DNA of 27,025 bases from NCBI GenBank assembly GCA_031364845.1, contig JANLWX010000086.1:1-27025 (forward strand), read 5' to 3'. Shown here piece after piece: positions 1 to 8,444 of the stretch (within the stretch, counting starts at the first letter, position 1; each line of letters starts with the position of its first letter). The notes beneath the pieces were generated by a model. That model had not been told where the DNA came from. It worked only from the letters and a program-made list of their open reading frames with translations, and made no database searches. The DNA comes from Candidatus Eiseniibacteriota bacterium. GTDB taxonomy: Bacteria; Eisenbacteria; RBG-16-71-46. Position numbers and translations under genes: made by a program.

Positions 1-435
1 GCCGTTGAAGATTTCCTCGTCCACGCGGCCATCGCCGTCGTCGTCCACGCTGCGCCGGGCTCCCGGCAATCCCTGGCTCACGCCGCGTACGCGATCGTCG
101 AGCTCGAGCGTCGGACGCCACTCGAGCAACGGCCCTCCCGACACGCGCATCTCGCCGCTGGCCGCGCGTGCGCCCACCCACAGCGCGGCGTGATTGAGCG
201 CTTCGAGCCCGCTGCCGGGATGGATCTCGAACGATGGATCATAGGACAGGCCGTTGTCCACGAAAGCGTTGCCGATGATACCGGCGTTGGTGACCCGCAT
301 CGCGAATCCTCCCGCGTTGATTACGGGCCCTTTGTCCTCGATGTCGAGCACCGCCCGCGCTTCCATCGACCACACGCCGAGGGCCAGGGCAACGGCCGCG
401 GCGCAGACCAGGAATCGGAGTCTCGGAGGATGCAA
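1..435 (-). CDS. Secreted protein, N-terminal part (runs off window), with DDDGDGxxDEE acidic motif
   Basis: Not in the ORF track because there is no stop in the window. Manual translation from TTG 435: MHPPRLRFLVCAAAVALALGVWSMEARA|VLDIEDKGPVINAGGFAMRVTNAGIIGN...DDDGDGRVDEEIFNG. Signal-peptide-like N-terminus ending A-R-A; sigma70-like promoter upstream. Confidence 0.75.
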   Translation of the reverse strand, partial: MHPPRLRFLVCAAAVALALGVWSMEARAVLDIEDKGPVINAGGFAMRVTNAGIIGNAFVDNGLSYDPSFEIHPGSGLEALNHAALWVGARAASGEMRVSGGPLLEWRPTLELDDRVRGVSQGLPGARRSVDDDGDGRVDEEIFNG

Positions 436-490
436 ACGCGGGCGCCGTTCGGGGGAAGGGAAGCGTGGAGGGAGACGGAATGTGGGTTGA

Positions 491-519
491 ATTCTAGAGG
501 GGGCCCGTGGGGTGGGCAA
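491..519 (-). promoter_or_regulatory. Putative sigma70 promoter for the 1..435 gene
   Basis: Minus strand TTGCCC-N17-TAGAAT, about 55 nt upstream of the TTG start. Confidence 0.55.
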
Positions 520-703
520 GCGATCGGCCGTGAATGCTGAGCCCCGAGCGACGCACGGAACCGGCGCGCTTCTGCCGATACCGTCGAGGTGAAAGGGCGA
601 AACTCGGCCCGGCGCGGGTCGAATTTTCATGGCCCGCCGGTTGCGAGGTCGCATAGACTGACGTCCGGGCCGGAAGTGATGCGTCCTTCTGAGGGAGGGT
701 GGA

Positions 704-901
704 ATGGGGATGGAGAACGGGTTTCCCGAGTGCCGCAAGTGCAGCGACGGCGTGCTCCTGCCGCTGTCGGACTACGGCCGCGACGGCGCGCCGATCAACT
801 ACAAGGCGTGGGTCTGCAGCAATCCCGCGTGCGGATTCAACGTCCGCATCGACAACGGCGAGATCAGCCAGGGACGCACGATCGGGATCTCCGCCAAGTG
901 A
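704..901 (+). CDS. Small Zn-ribbon-like protein (63-65 aa)
   Basis: Strong SD (GAGGGAGG) before ATG 704/710; CRKC...CSNPAC cysteine pairs; codon usage typical of the genome. Confidence 0.75.
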   Translation: MGMENGFPECRKCSDGVLLPLSDYGRDGAPINYKAWVCSNPACGFNVRIDNGEISQGRTIGISAK

Positions 902-971
902 CGGCACCCGGCATCGCCCGGCCGCCGGTGCGACCCCGCAGCGCTTCACTCTTTGCCTTCCGGGGTACGGC

Positions 972-1667
972 GTGATCCGCGCCATCGTCTTCGATCTCGA
1001 CAACACGCTGGTCGACTTCATGAAGATGAAGGACGACGCCGTGCGCGCCGGCGTCGACGGAATGATCGATGCCGGCCTCGACCTGCCGCACGAGGTCGTG
1101 CGCACGCGGATCGATGCGATCTACAAGGAGCTCGGCCTCGAGTACCAGAACGTGTTTGACCGCCTGCTCGAGAGCGAGTTCGGCCACGTGAACCCGAAGA
1201 TCCTGGCGTCGGGCATCGTCGCCTATCGCCGGGCGCGCGAATCGGCGCTGGTGCTCTATCCGCACGTGCAGCTCACGCTGCTCGAGCTGATCAAGCGCGG
1301 GATCCGGCTCGGCGTCGTCTCCGACGCGCCGCAGGCGCAGGTGTGGCTTCGGCTGTGCTCGTTGTCGCTCCAGCACGTGTTCGATGCGGTGGTGACGTTC
1401 GACGACACGCGCGAGCGCAAGCCGAACCCTGCGCCGTTCCGCCTTGTGCTGCAGCGGCTTGAGGCCGAGCCGCACGAGTCGCTGATGGTCGGTGACTGGG
1501 CCGAGCGCGACATGGTGGGCGGCAAGTCGCTCGGGATGAAGACCGTGTTCGCGCGGTATGGAGACACGTTCGACACGAAGCAGTCGGGCGCCGACTACGA
1601 TGTCGACGACGTGTTCCAGTTGGTCGGCATCGTCGATGCACTCAACGCAGCACCGAAGCACGTATAG
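972..1667 (+). CDS. HAD-superfamily subfamily IA hydrolase/phosphatase
   Basis: GTG 972 gives MIRAIVFDLDNTL (motif I DxD), VVSD (II), KP (III), MVGDWAERD (IV). The ORF-track extension to 699 overlaps the Zn-ribbon gene and is spurious. Confidence 0.9.
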   Translation: MIRAIVFDLDNTLVDFMKMKDDAVRAGVDGMIDAGLDLPHEVVRTRIDAIYKELGLEYQNVFDRLLESEFGHVNPKILASGIVAYRRARESALVLYPHVQLTLLELIKRGIRLGVVSDAPQAQVWLRLCSLSLQHVFDAVVTFDDTRERKPNPAPFRLVLQRLEAEPHESLMVGDWAERDMVGGKSLGMKTVFARYGDTFDTKQSGADYDVDDVFQLVGIVDALNAAPKHV

Positions 1668-1710
1668 GCGGACCGCCGGGCCCGCATCCGTTCCCTCGTA
1701 CGGAGGTCTC

Positions 1711-2043
1711 ATGGAAAGCAAGGTCAAATCGTCGAAGATGAAAGTGCACATGCCGCCGGAGGGCACCACCGGGCTCGACGGACACTTCCACGTCTACATC
1801 TATGACGTGTTCCACAAGTCCTTCGCGGCCGGCCGCGTGTTCGACACGATCGAGAAGGCGGTGTCGTTCCAGCGTCACGAGCAGGAGAAGATCTATCTCG
1901 AGCAGGAAGCCGACCCGGAACTGTTCGACCTTCCGTTCATCTCGTCGGATCCCGATCTCGTCACGCGCGTCGATCGCGACGCCGAATACCGGACGCGGCT
2001 CGAGCGCGATCTCGGCACCGAAGCGCGCCGGCGCCGCCGGTAG
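1711..2043 (+). CDS. Hypothetical protein (110 aa)
   Basis: SD GGAGG before ATG 1711; strong GC3 bias; fills the gap between the HAD gene and nnr. Confidence 0.7.
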   Translation: MESKVKSSKMKVHMPPEGTTGLDGHFHVYIYDVFHKSFAAGRVFDTIEKAVSFQRHEQEKIYLEQEADPELFDLPFISSDPDLVTRVDRDAEYRTRLERDLGTEARRRRR

Positions 2044-2130
2044 CACGCGACGATGCCGCCATCCCGCGCCCCGGGTACAAACATCTCCGCGCGGCCGAAG
2101 CGCCGCGCGCGGCCGGTGCCGCCGAAACCC

Positions 2131-3732
2131 ATGCGCCTCGTCACGGCAGACGAGATGCGCCGCCTGGATCGCGCGACGATCGAGAGCGGCCAGGCGACCG
2201 GTCATGCGCTGATGGAACGCGCCGGGCTCGGCGTGGCGGCGGCGATCGAGCGCCGTTACGGCTCGGTACTCGGCCTGCGGATCCTCGTGCTGTGCGGACC
2301 GGGGAACAATGGCGGTGACGGTTTCGTGGTCGCTCGCGCGCTGCGCGCCAGCGGCGCCGAAGTCCACGCGGGCCTGATCGGAGCAGTCGACCGTCTGCCG
2401 GCGGATACACGCGCGCACTACGACGCCATGAGCGCGGCGGGCATCGAGCCGCGTGTGATCGCGACCGAGGCCGAACTCCGGGTGCTCGTTGCGCTGCGCG
2501 ATCCATGGGATCTCGCGGTCGACGCGCTGCTCGGGACCGGCGCGCGCGGCTGCCTGGAGGGCGTGATCGCGGCCGCCGTGCAGGAACTGCGGGACCTCGA
2601 CGATGCCGGTACCAGCGTGATCGCGGTCGACCTGCCGACCGGCGTGAACGCCGACACCGGCGCCATCGCGCGACGCACCGTGCGCGCCAATCTCACGGTG
2701 ACATTCGGTTATCACAAGCGCGCGCACTGGCTCTATCCCGCGCGCGCCTTCGCGGGCGCGATCGAAGTCGTGGACATCGGGCTCGTGGAGCGATTCGGAC
2801 CCGAGGACGATCCCGCGCGCCACACCGAAGTGGCCACCGCGCGCGGCATGGCGGAACTCGTTCCGCGCCGCGAGCCTCGTGCCCACAAAGGCTCGGTCGG
2901 CCGCGTGCTGCTGATCGGAGGTTCGGCCGGGCTCACGGGTGCCGTGTCTCTGGCGGCGCGCGCATCGACGCGAGCCGGAGCGGGCTACGTGATCGCCGCG
3001 GTACCGCAGGGCCTTCAGGACATCCTCGCGGTGAAGCTCACCGAGGAGATGACGCTCGCGATGCCGCAGACTTCCGCGCGCGCGTTGAGCACCGCCGGGC
3101 TCTCGGTACTCGTCGAACATGCCGCGCGCGCTCACGCGGTGGCGCTCGGCAACGGCCTGTCGCGCGATCCCGAGTCGCTGGAACTCGCGCGCGCTCTCGC
3201 GGCGCGCATCGAGAGGCCGATGGTGATCGATGCCGACGGACTCAATGCGTTCGCCGGTCAACCCAACGTGTCCGCAACGGTGCGCCCGCCCGCGGGTAGT
3301 GCCGCGCGCATCCTCACACCGCACCTCGGCGAAATGGCGCGGCTCACGGGACTCGATGCCGAAGCGATCGAGCTCGATCGCATCGAATGCGCGCGCACCT
3401 GGGCACAGCGCTGGCAGGCGGTCGTCGTATTGAAGGGCGCCCCGACCGTGACCGCGAGTCCGGCCGGACACGCGACGGTGAACGGCTCAGGCAATCCGGG
3501 CCTCGCGACGGCCGGCACCGGCGACGTGTTGAGCGGGGTGATCGCGGCGTTCGTCGCGCAGGGACTCAACGCCTACGACGCCGCGCGCCTCGGCGTGTTC
3601 GTCCACGGACACGCGGCCGATCGCATCGCCGCAGCGCGCGGACAACTCGGCATGAGCGCCGGCGACGTGCTCAAAGAACTTCCCGCGAGGCTCCACGAAC
3701 TCGCCGAGCTCCGGGCCGGGACTACATCTTAA
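2131..3732 (+). CDS. nnr: Bifunctional NAD(P)H-hydrate epimerase/dehydratase (YjeF/Nnr)
   Basis: MRLVTADEMRRLD start; GPGNNGGDG, DALLGTG, DLPTG (epimerase); HKG, DADGLN, TPHLGEMARL, LKGAPT, GNPGLATAGTGDVLSG (dehydratase). Alternative start at 2053. Confidence 0.93.
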   Translation: MRLVTADEMRRLDRATIESGQATGHALMERAGLGVAAAIERRYGSVLGLRILVLCGPGNNGGDGFVVARALRASGAEVHAGLIGAVDRLPADTRAHYDAMSAAGIEPRVIATEAELRVLVALRDPWDLAVDALLGTGARGCLEGVIAAAVQELRDLDDAGTSVIAVDLPTGVNADTGAIARRTVRANLTVTFGYHKRAHWLYPARAFAGAIEVVDIGLVERFGPEDDPARHTEVATARGMAELVPRREPRAHKGSVGRVLLIGGSAGLTGAVSLAARASTRAGAGYVIAAVPQGLQDILAVKLTEEMTLAMPQTSARALSTAGLSVLVEHAARAHAVALGNGLSRDPESLELARALAARIERPMVIDADGLNAFAGQPNVSATVRPPAGSAARILTPHLGEMARLTGLDAEAIELDRIECARTWAQRWQAVVVLKGAPTVTASPAGHATVNGSGNPGLATAGTGDVLSGVIAAFVAQGLNAYDAARLGVFVHGHAADRIAAARGQLGMSAGDVLKELPARLHELAELRAGTTS

Positions 3733-4109
3733 TCTTCGGGCCCTTCGTCGAGTGCGCGGTCGTGGCGCACCCACTTCACGAGCCCGCGCTCGTCGATGCG
3801 CCTGAGGAACCCGTGGCGCACGACGGCTTCGGTGCCGCCGATGATGTAGATCAGGTCGAGGTAGGTCGTCGTATGGGACAACTCGTCGACGAGACGCAGA
3901 TCAAGCGACAGGCACTGTTCCTCGAACTCCTCGAAGTCGTCGAGGTCGTCGTAGCCCGAGTCGGCGTCGGGCACTGTGCGCTCGAACACCGACCGCACGC
4001 TCTCGTAGGCGGGGGTCGGCGCGAAATGGAAGAAGGTCCGCGGCCAGTCGATGTCGTGCGCGGTCAACGTTCCGATCTCGATGTCGCCCGAATACAACTT
4101 GAGGTTCAT
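3729..4109 (-). CDS. Acidic hypothetical protein (126 aa)
   Basis: ATG 4109 (MNLKLYSGDIEIG); coding-like codon bias; converges on nnr with a 4-nt TTAA stop overlap. Confidence 0.65.
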   Translation of the reverse strand: MNLKLYSGDIEIGTLTAHDIDWPRTFFHFAPTPAYESVRSVFERTVPDADSGYDDLDDFEEFEEQCLSLDLRLVDELSHTTTYLDLIYIIGGTEAVVRHGFLRRIDERGLVKWVRHDRALDEGPED

Positions 4110-4194
4110 GCGGGTTCCAGGGTCCAGGAGTCTGCGTCGGCCATGATCCTGACGGACGCCGGGGTCCGGCGCCAGCCCGGCGACGAACACGCCG

Positions 4195-4225
4195 CGGCCC
4201 GCGCATCGCGGGGACGCGCGGGCCG
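4195..4225 (-). terminator. GC-rich hairpin downstream of trxA
   Basis: Perfect 10-bp inverted repeat CGGCCCGCGC/GCGCGGGCCG about 25 nt after the trxA stop; no U-tract. Confidence 0.3.
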
Positions 4226-4248
4226 TGTTGGGCAGTGAAACTCGACGG

Positions 4249-4572
4249 CTACAGATGCGGCTGGATCGATGAAAGCAACCGGGGCTTCGGATAGGCTCCG
4301 ATCAGCGTCTCGACGACCTGCCCGTCCTTGAACAGCAGCAGGGTCGGGATGCTGCGCACGTTATACTTGATCGAAATTTCCTGATTCTCGTCGACGTCGA
4401 CCTTGACCACCTTGAGCCGGCCACTGTATTCGGTCGCGATCTCCTCGAGAGCGGGAGCGATCGCGCGGCACGGTCCGCACCAGGCGGCCCAGAAATCCAC
4501 GAGGACCGGCGTCTTCGACTGAATGACTTCCGTTTCGAAGTTCTGCTCGGTCACGGCTACTGCATTAGCCAT
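4249..4572 (-). CDS. trxA: Thioredoxin
   Basis: 107 aa; VLVDFWAAWCGPC active site; SIPTLLLFKDG. Confidence 0.97.
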   Translation of the reverse strand: MANAVAVTEQNFETEVIQSKTPVLVDFWAAWCGPCRAIAPALEEIATEYSGRLKVVKVDVDENQEISIKYNVRSIPTLLLFKDGQVVETLIGAYPKPRLLSSIQPHL

Positions 4573-4679
4573 AAATGCACCCCCTGTGATGCCCTGAATT
4601 CATGAGTTCGGTAGAAACGCACCCCGTTGGGATGCCGAGGGAGGAGAAAACGATTTACTGCGATTCCAGCGTGCACGGC

Positions 4680-4708
4680 AGCATAGGAAGCTGTCCGCGA
4701 AGCGTCAA
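4680..4708 (-). promoter_or_regulatory. Putative sigma70 promoter of trxA
   Basis: Minus strand TTGACG-N17-TATGCT, implying a 5' UTR of about 100 nt. Confidence 0.65.
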
Positions 4709-4795
4709 ACCCCCGGGAACCGCATGGAGCGCGGCCCGAACGGGCTTCCGCACGCGTGGCAACGGGCCGTTTCCGCGCCCGAAACGGGGGCGGGC

Positions 4796-5494
4796 GTGAT
4801 CCCGTTGCGCGACGAGAATCCGCTCCAGTCCACGCCGATCGTGGTCCGCAGTTTGATCATCGTCAACCTCGCCGTGTTCCTGTACGAAGTGATCCTCGGC
4901 CCGGACCTGCGACCTTTCATGATGCAATGGGGCCTCGTTCCGCGGCGACTCACCCAGGCCTTCGTCACCGGCGACGAGCCGCTCACCTCGGGACTCGTCA
5001 CCCTGTTCTCGTCCATGTTTCTGCATGGCGGCTGGGCGCACCTGATCGGAAACATGTGGTACCTGTGGATCTTCGGCGACAACGTCGAGGACCGCCTCGG
5101 ACGCGTGCGATTCCTCGCGTTCTACGCCGTGTGCGGGGCGTTCGCGGGATTCGCGCACTACTTCACGAACCCCGACTCCACGATCCCGACGGTCGGGGCG
5201 AGCGGTGCGATCGCCGGCGTGCTCGGCGCCTATCTCGCGGCCTTCCCCGCGGCGCGCGTCGTGACGCTGATCCCGTTCTTTCCGTTCTTCCAGATCGCCA
5301 CCCTGCCTTCGGCGCTGGTGCTCGGTTTCTGGTTCGTCTACCAGTTCTTCGCCGGGGCGCTGGCGCTCGCGTGGTCGCCGCGCGGCGGCGGGGTCGCCTG
5401 GTGGGCGCACATCGGAGGCTTCGCCTTCGGATGGATCGTCATGCGCATTGTGGTCGGGCGGCGGCGTGCCGGATCGGGTGAAATGGACCGCTGA
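4796..5494 (+). CDS. Rhomboid family intramembrane serine protease
   Basis: GTG 4796 gives MIPLRDENP; SMFLHGGWAHLIGNM, GDNVEDRLG, catalytic GASG and AHIGGF; several TM segments. Confidence 0.93.
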   Translation: MIPLRDENPLQSTPIVVRSLIIVNLAVFLYEVILGPDLRPFMMQWGLVPRRLTQAFVTGDEPLTSGLVTLFSSMFLHGGWAHLIGNMWYLWIFGDNVEDRLGRVRFLAFYAVCGAFAGFAHYFTNPDSTIPTVGASGAIAGVLGAYLAAFPAARVVTLIPFFPFFQIATLPSALVLGFWFVYQFFAGALALAWSPRGGGVAWWAHIGGFAFGWIVMRIVVGRRRAGSGEMDR

Positions 5495-5624
5495 TCCGCT
5501 GGCAGAGCATCGATCGTCCGGAGTAGCATCAACGGCTCGCATGCCGGTTCACCACCGCGGTGCCCACTCCGGTCCGCCGAGCAATCCGGGGCATTCGCCG
5601 TCCTTCGAGCAGGAGTTATCCCCC

Positions 5625-6839
5625 GTGAGACGAGATCTCGACCGACTCATGCAGGAACGCGGCCTTGCCGGCATGGTGGTGTTCGCCAACGACCGCTATT
5701 GCCCGGCCATGCACTACGCGACCGGCAAACGCTTCCATCGCGCCATCTACTTCCGGACCGCCACCGGGCGTGAACATCTGGTGGTCGATCCGATGGAGCG
5801 CGACGACGCGGTGGCGATCGGCATCGAGCACTCCACGCTGCAGCAGCATCAGTGGATCGAGCGTGTGGACCGGCTCGGCGCCGCGGCGGGGCACGCGGAG
5901 CTGATCGGTGAGGTGCTCGGAACCATGGGCATGCGCGGCAGCATCGCGCTGTTCGGCGACCTCGAGGCGAGCTTTGCGTATCAGCTCATCACCGAGATCA
6001 AGCAGCGCGTAGACGGCGTGATCATCGACCACCTGCTGCCGGACATCGTCACGATCGCGCGCACGACCAAGAATCCCGACGAGATCGCGGCGATCCGCCA
6101 TGCGTCGCTCGCGGTGGTGAGCGCCTACAGGAAACTCACCGATCACCTCGGCGGCCTGCGCCCCGACGGCGACACGTTCCGCGACGAGGCGGGAGCGGTG
6201 ACGCTCGGCAGCCTGCGAACCCTGCTCAACCGCGAGTTCCTCGCGTTCGGACTCGAAGGCGGCGAGAGCATCGTGTCGCAGGGTCGCGATGCCGGCGTGC
6301 CGCACAATCGCGGCAACGATGCGGAGCTGTTGCGCGCGGGTGCACCCGTGATCGTCGACATCTTCCCCGGAGAAGCCGGCGGCGGCTACCACAGCGATTT
6401 CACGCGCACGTTCTGCATGGCGCCGGTTCCGGACGCCGTGCGCCAGCTGTACGACGACGTCCATGCGGCGTTTCGCGCGGTGATGGACACGCTGCGCACC
6501 GGCACCCCATGCCGTTCGTACCAGGAAACGACGTGCGAGGTGTTCGAGAAGCGCGGTCACGCCACCGTGCGCAGCACGCCTGGCACCGAAGAAGGTTACG
6601 TGCACGGGCTCGGGCACGGCGTCGGACTCGCGGTGCACGAAGCGCCGCGCCTGGGCGGGCCGCCTTCCAACACGCAGACGCTGGAAGCGGGCATGGTCGT
6701 CACGATCGAACCGGGGCTCTACTATCCGTCGCGCGGAATGGGCGCGCGCATCGAGGATCTGGTGGTGATGCGCGAAGACGGCGGCTACGACAATCTCACG
6801 CCGGCTCCGTACGAGCTCGGGATCGAGGCACGCGGGTGA
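5625..6839 (+). CDS. M24 family (Xaa-Pro) metallopeptidase
   Basis: SD AGGAG before GTG 5625; metal-ligand motifs DIFP, YHSDFTRT, HGLGHGVGLAVHE, TIEPGLY, RIED. Confidence 0.92.
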   Translation: MRRDLDRLMQERGLAGMVVFANDRYCPAMHYATGKRFHRAIYFRTATGREHLVVDPMERDDAVAIGIEHSTLQQHQWIERVDRLGAAAGHAELIGEVLGTMGMRGSIALFGDLEASFAYQLITEIKQRVDGVIIDHLLPDIVTIARTTKNPDEIAAIRHASLAVVSAYRKLTDHLGGLRPDGDTFRDEAGAVTLGSLRTLLNREFLAFGLEGGESIVSQGRDAGVPHNRGNDAELLRAGAPVIVDIFPGEAGGGYHSDFTRTFCMAPVPDAVRQLYDDVHAAFRAVMDTLRTGTPCRSYQETTCEVFEKRGHATVRSTPGTEEGYVHGLGHGVGLAVHEAPRLGGPPSNTQTLEAGMVVTIEPGLYYPSRGMGARIEDLVVMREDGGYDNLTPAPYELGIEARG

Positions 6840-7963
6840 AGCAAAATCATTTCGAGATCGTGAACCCGCCGACGGCCGAGCGCGCGGTGCTGGCCGGACA
6901 TTCGGCACGCGACGTCGGCGGCGCACTCGAGCGTTCGCTCGACGAGCTCGCGCTGCTCGCCGACACCGCCGGCGCGACCGTGCATGGCCGCATCGCCCAG
7001 CGCCGCGGCACCGTGCATCCCGCGACCTACATCGGCAAGGGCAAGGTCGAAGAGCTGAAGGCGCTCGCCGACGAACACGACGTGCACCTCGTCGTGTTCG
7101 ACGACGACCTGACCCCCGCGCAGGTCAAGAATCTCGAGAAGAAACTCGAGCGCAAGGTGATCGATCGCTCGGAGCTGATCCTCGACATTTTTTCCCGCCG
7201 CGCGCGCACGCGTGAGTCGCGCCTCCAGGTGGAACTCGCGCAGCTCGAGTACACGCTGCCGCGGCTGACCGGCATGTGGAAGCATCTCGAGCGCCAGGCC
7301 GGCGGCATCGGCACGCGCGGACCCGGCGAAACCCAGCTCGAAACCGACCGCCGTCTGGTGCGCGAACGGATCGCGAAGCTGAAGCAGGAACTCGAGAGCG
7401 TCGAGCGCGAACGCGAGACCCAGCGGCGGCGGCGGCGGCGCGAATTCCGCGCGGCACTGGTCGGCTACACCAACGCCGGCAAGAGCACGCTGTTCAACGC
7501 GCTCACGCGCTCGCAGGTGTTCGTCGAGAACCGGCTGTTCGCCACGCTCGACGCCACCACCCGCCAGATGGTGAGCCCCAAACGCCAGGTCGCGCTGCTC
7601 ACCGACACCGTCGGCTTCATCCGCAAACTGCCGCATCATCTGGTCGCGTCGTTCCACAGCACGCTGGTCGAAGCGATCGAGGCCGATCTGCTGCTGCACG
7701 TGGTCGACGCCGCAGATCCCGATTTCCGCCAGCAGATGCTCGCGGTGGAAGGCGTGCTCGAGGACATCATGGAGACACCGCGTCCGACCACGCTCGTCTT
7801 CAACAAGTGCGACCTGCTCGAGGACGAGTCGATCGCTGCCGGATTGCGGGCGGAGTTCGACGGGTGTCATGTCGTGTCCGCGCAGACCGGCGAGGGCCTC
7901 GACGGGCTGCGTGACGTCGTGTGGCAACTGGCATCGGAGCAGGCCGCGCACCGGGTTTCGTGA
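6836..7963 (+). CDS. hflX: Ribosome-splitting GTPase HflX
   Basis: GTGA overlap with the peptidase stop; ILDIF..RA, LQVELAQL, GTRGPGETQLETDRR, GYTNAGKS (G1), LFATLD (G2), DTVG (G3), NKCD (G4). Confidence 0.96.
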   Translation: MKQNHFEIVNPPTAERAVLAGHSARDVGGALERSLDELALLADTAGATVHGRIAQRRGTVHPATYIGKGKVEELKALADEHDVHLVVFDDDLTPAQVKNLEKKLERKVIDRSELILDIFSRRARTRESRLQVELAQLEYTLPRLTGMWKHLERQAGGIGTRGPGETQLETDRRLVRERIAKLKQELESVERERETQRRRRRREFRAALVGYTNAGKSTLFNALTRSQVFVENRLFATLDATTRQMVSPKRQVALLTDTVGFIRKLPHHLVASFHSTLVEAIEADLLLHVVDAADPDFRQQMLAVEGVLEDIMETPRPTTLVFNKCDLLEDESIAAGLRAEFDGCHVVSAQTGEGLDGLRDVVWQLASEQAAHRVS

Positions 7964-8022
7964 CGTCGAAGCACATGGCTCGGACCATTCACGAACCATG
8001 GTCGGGGCTCAGGAGATCCACG

Positions 8023-8370
8023 ATGGACATCATCCGTATCGAGCCGGGACGCCGCATGAGTGCCGCGGTCGTGCATCGCGACACCGTCTATCTGTCGGGA
8101 CACGTCTCGAATGTCCCCGCGGGCAGCGTGCGCGGTCAGACCGAAGCGATCCTGCGCCGCATCGATGCGCGGCTCACAGAAGCCGGCACTGACCGCACGA
8201 AACTGCTGTCGGCGACCATCTGGCTCACCGACATCGCGACGTTCGACGAGATGAACGCGGTGTGGGAGGCATGGATCGATCCCGCGAACCCGCCGGCCCG
8301 CGCGACGGTCGAGGCGAAGCTCGCAGCACCCGAGTATCTGGTGGAAATCGCGATCATCGCGGCGCGCTAG
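8023..8370 (+). CDS. RidA/YjgF/YER057c/UK114 family protein
   Basis: SD AGGAG before ATG 8023; VYLSGHV, FDEMNAVW, PPARATVEAKL (conserved Arg), VEIAIIAA. Confidence 0.92.
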   Translation: MDIIRIEPGRRMSAAVVHRDTVYLSGHVSNVPAGSVRGQTEAILRRIDARLTEAGTDRTKLLSATIWLTDIATFDEMNAVWEAWIDPANPPARATVEAKLAAPEYLVEIAIIAAR

Positions 8371-8405
8371 GAAACCGCTGCTCTATCCGTCTGAGCTACG
8401 GGGCC
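8368..8405 (-). pseudogene. Truncated tRNA-Arg(CCU), 5' half only
   Basis: Minus strand GGCCCCG-TA-GCTC-AGACGGATA-GAGC-A-GCGGT-TT-CCT-A: acceptor 5' strand, U8, complete D-arm, anticodon 5' stem, CCT anticodon, A37. The sequence then runs into the antisense of ridA, with no 3' anticodon stem, T-arm or CCA. Confidence 0.8.
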
Positions 8406-8444
8406 GCGAGGCCTTCTGGACTCTGGCGCGGCCTGGTCGGTGAT

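Noticed and set aside
699..971. N-terminal extension of the HAD ORF (similar extensions at 5448, 6509, 13214, 15126, 16562)
   Set aside because: These overlap upstream genes and are low-complexity; downstream starts fit the SD sites and family N-termini better.
7424..7441. (CGG)5 repeat in hflX as a phase-variable tract
   Set aside because: It encodes the Arg-rich linker normally found before G1 in HflX, and a triplet unit would not shift the frame.
7999..8008. TGGTCGGGGC (reverse complement GCCCCGACCA) as a tRNA 3' end
   Set aside because: Only 10 nt, no T-arm, and it cannot pair with the GGCCCCG acceptor strand of the fragment.
8023..8367. Group I intron following the tRNA-Arg(CCU) half (such introns are known in this tRNA)
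   Set aside because: The sequence after the anticodon is the antisense of an intact ridA CDS, and no 3' exon was found.
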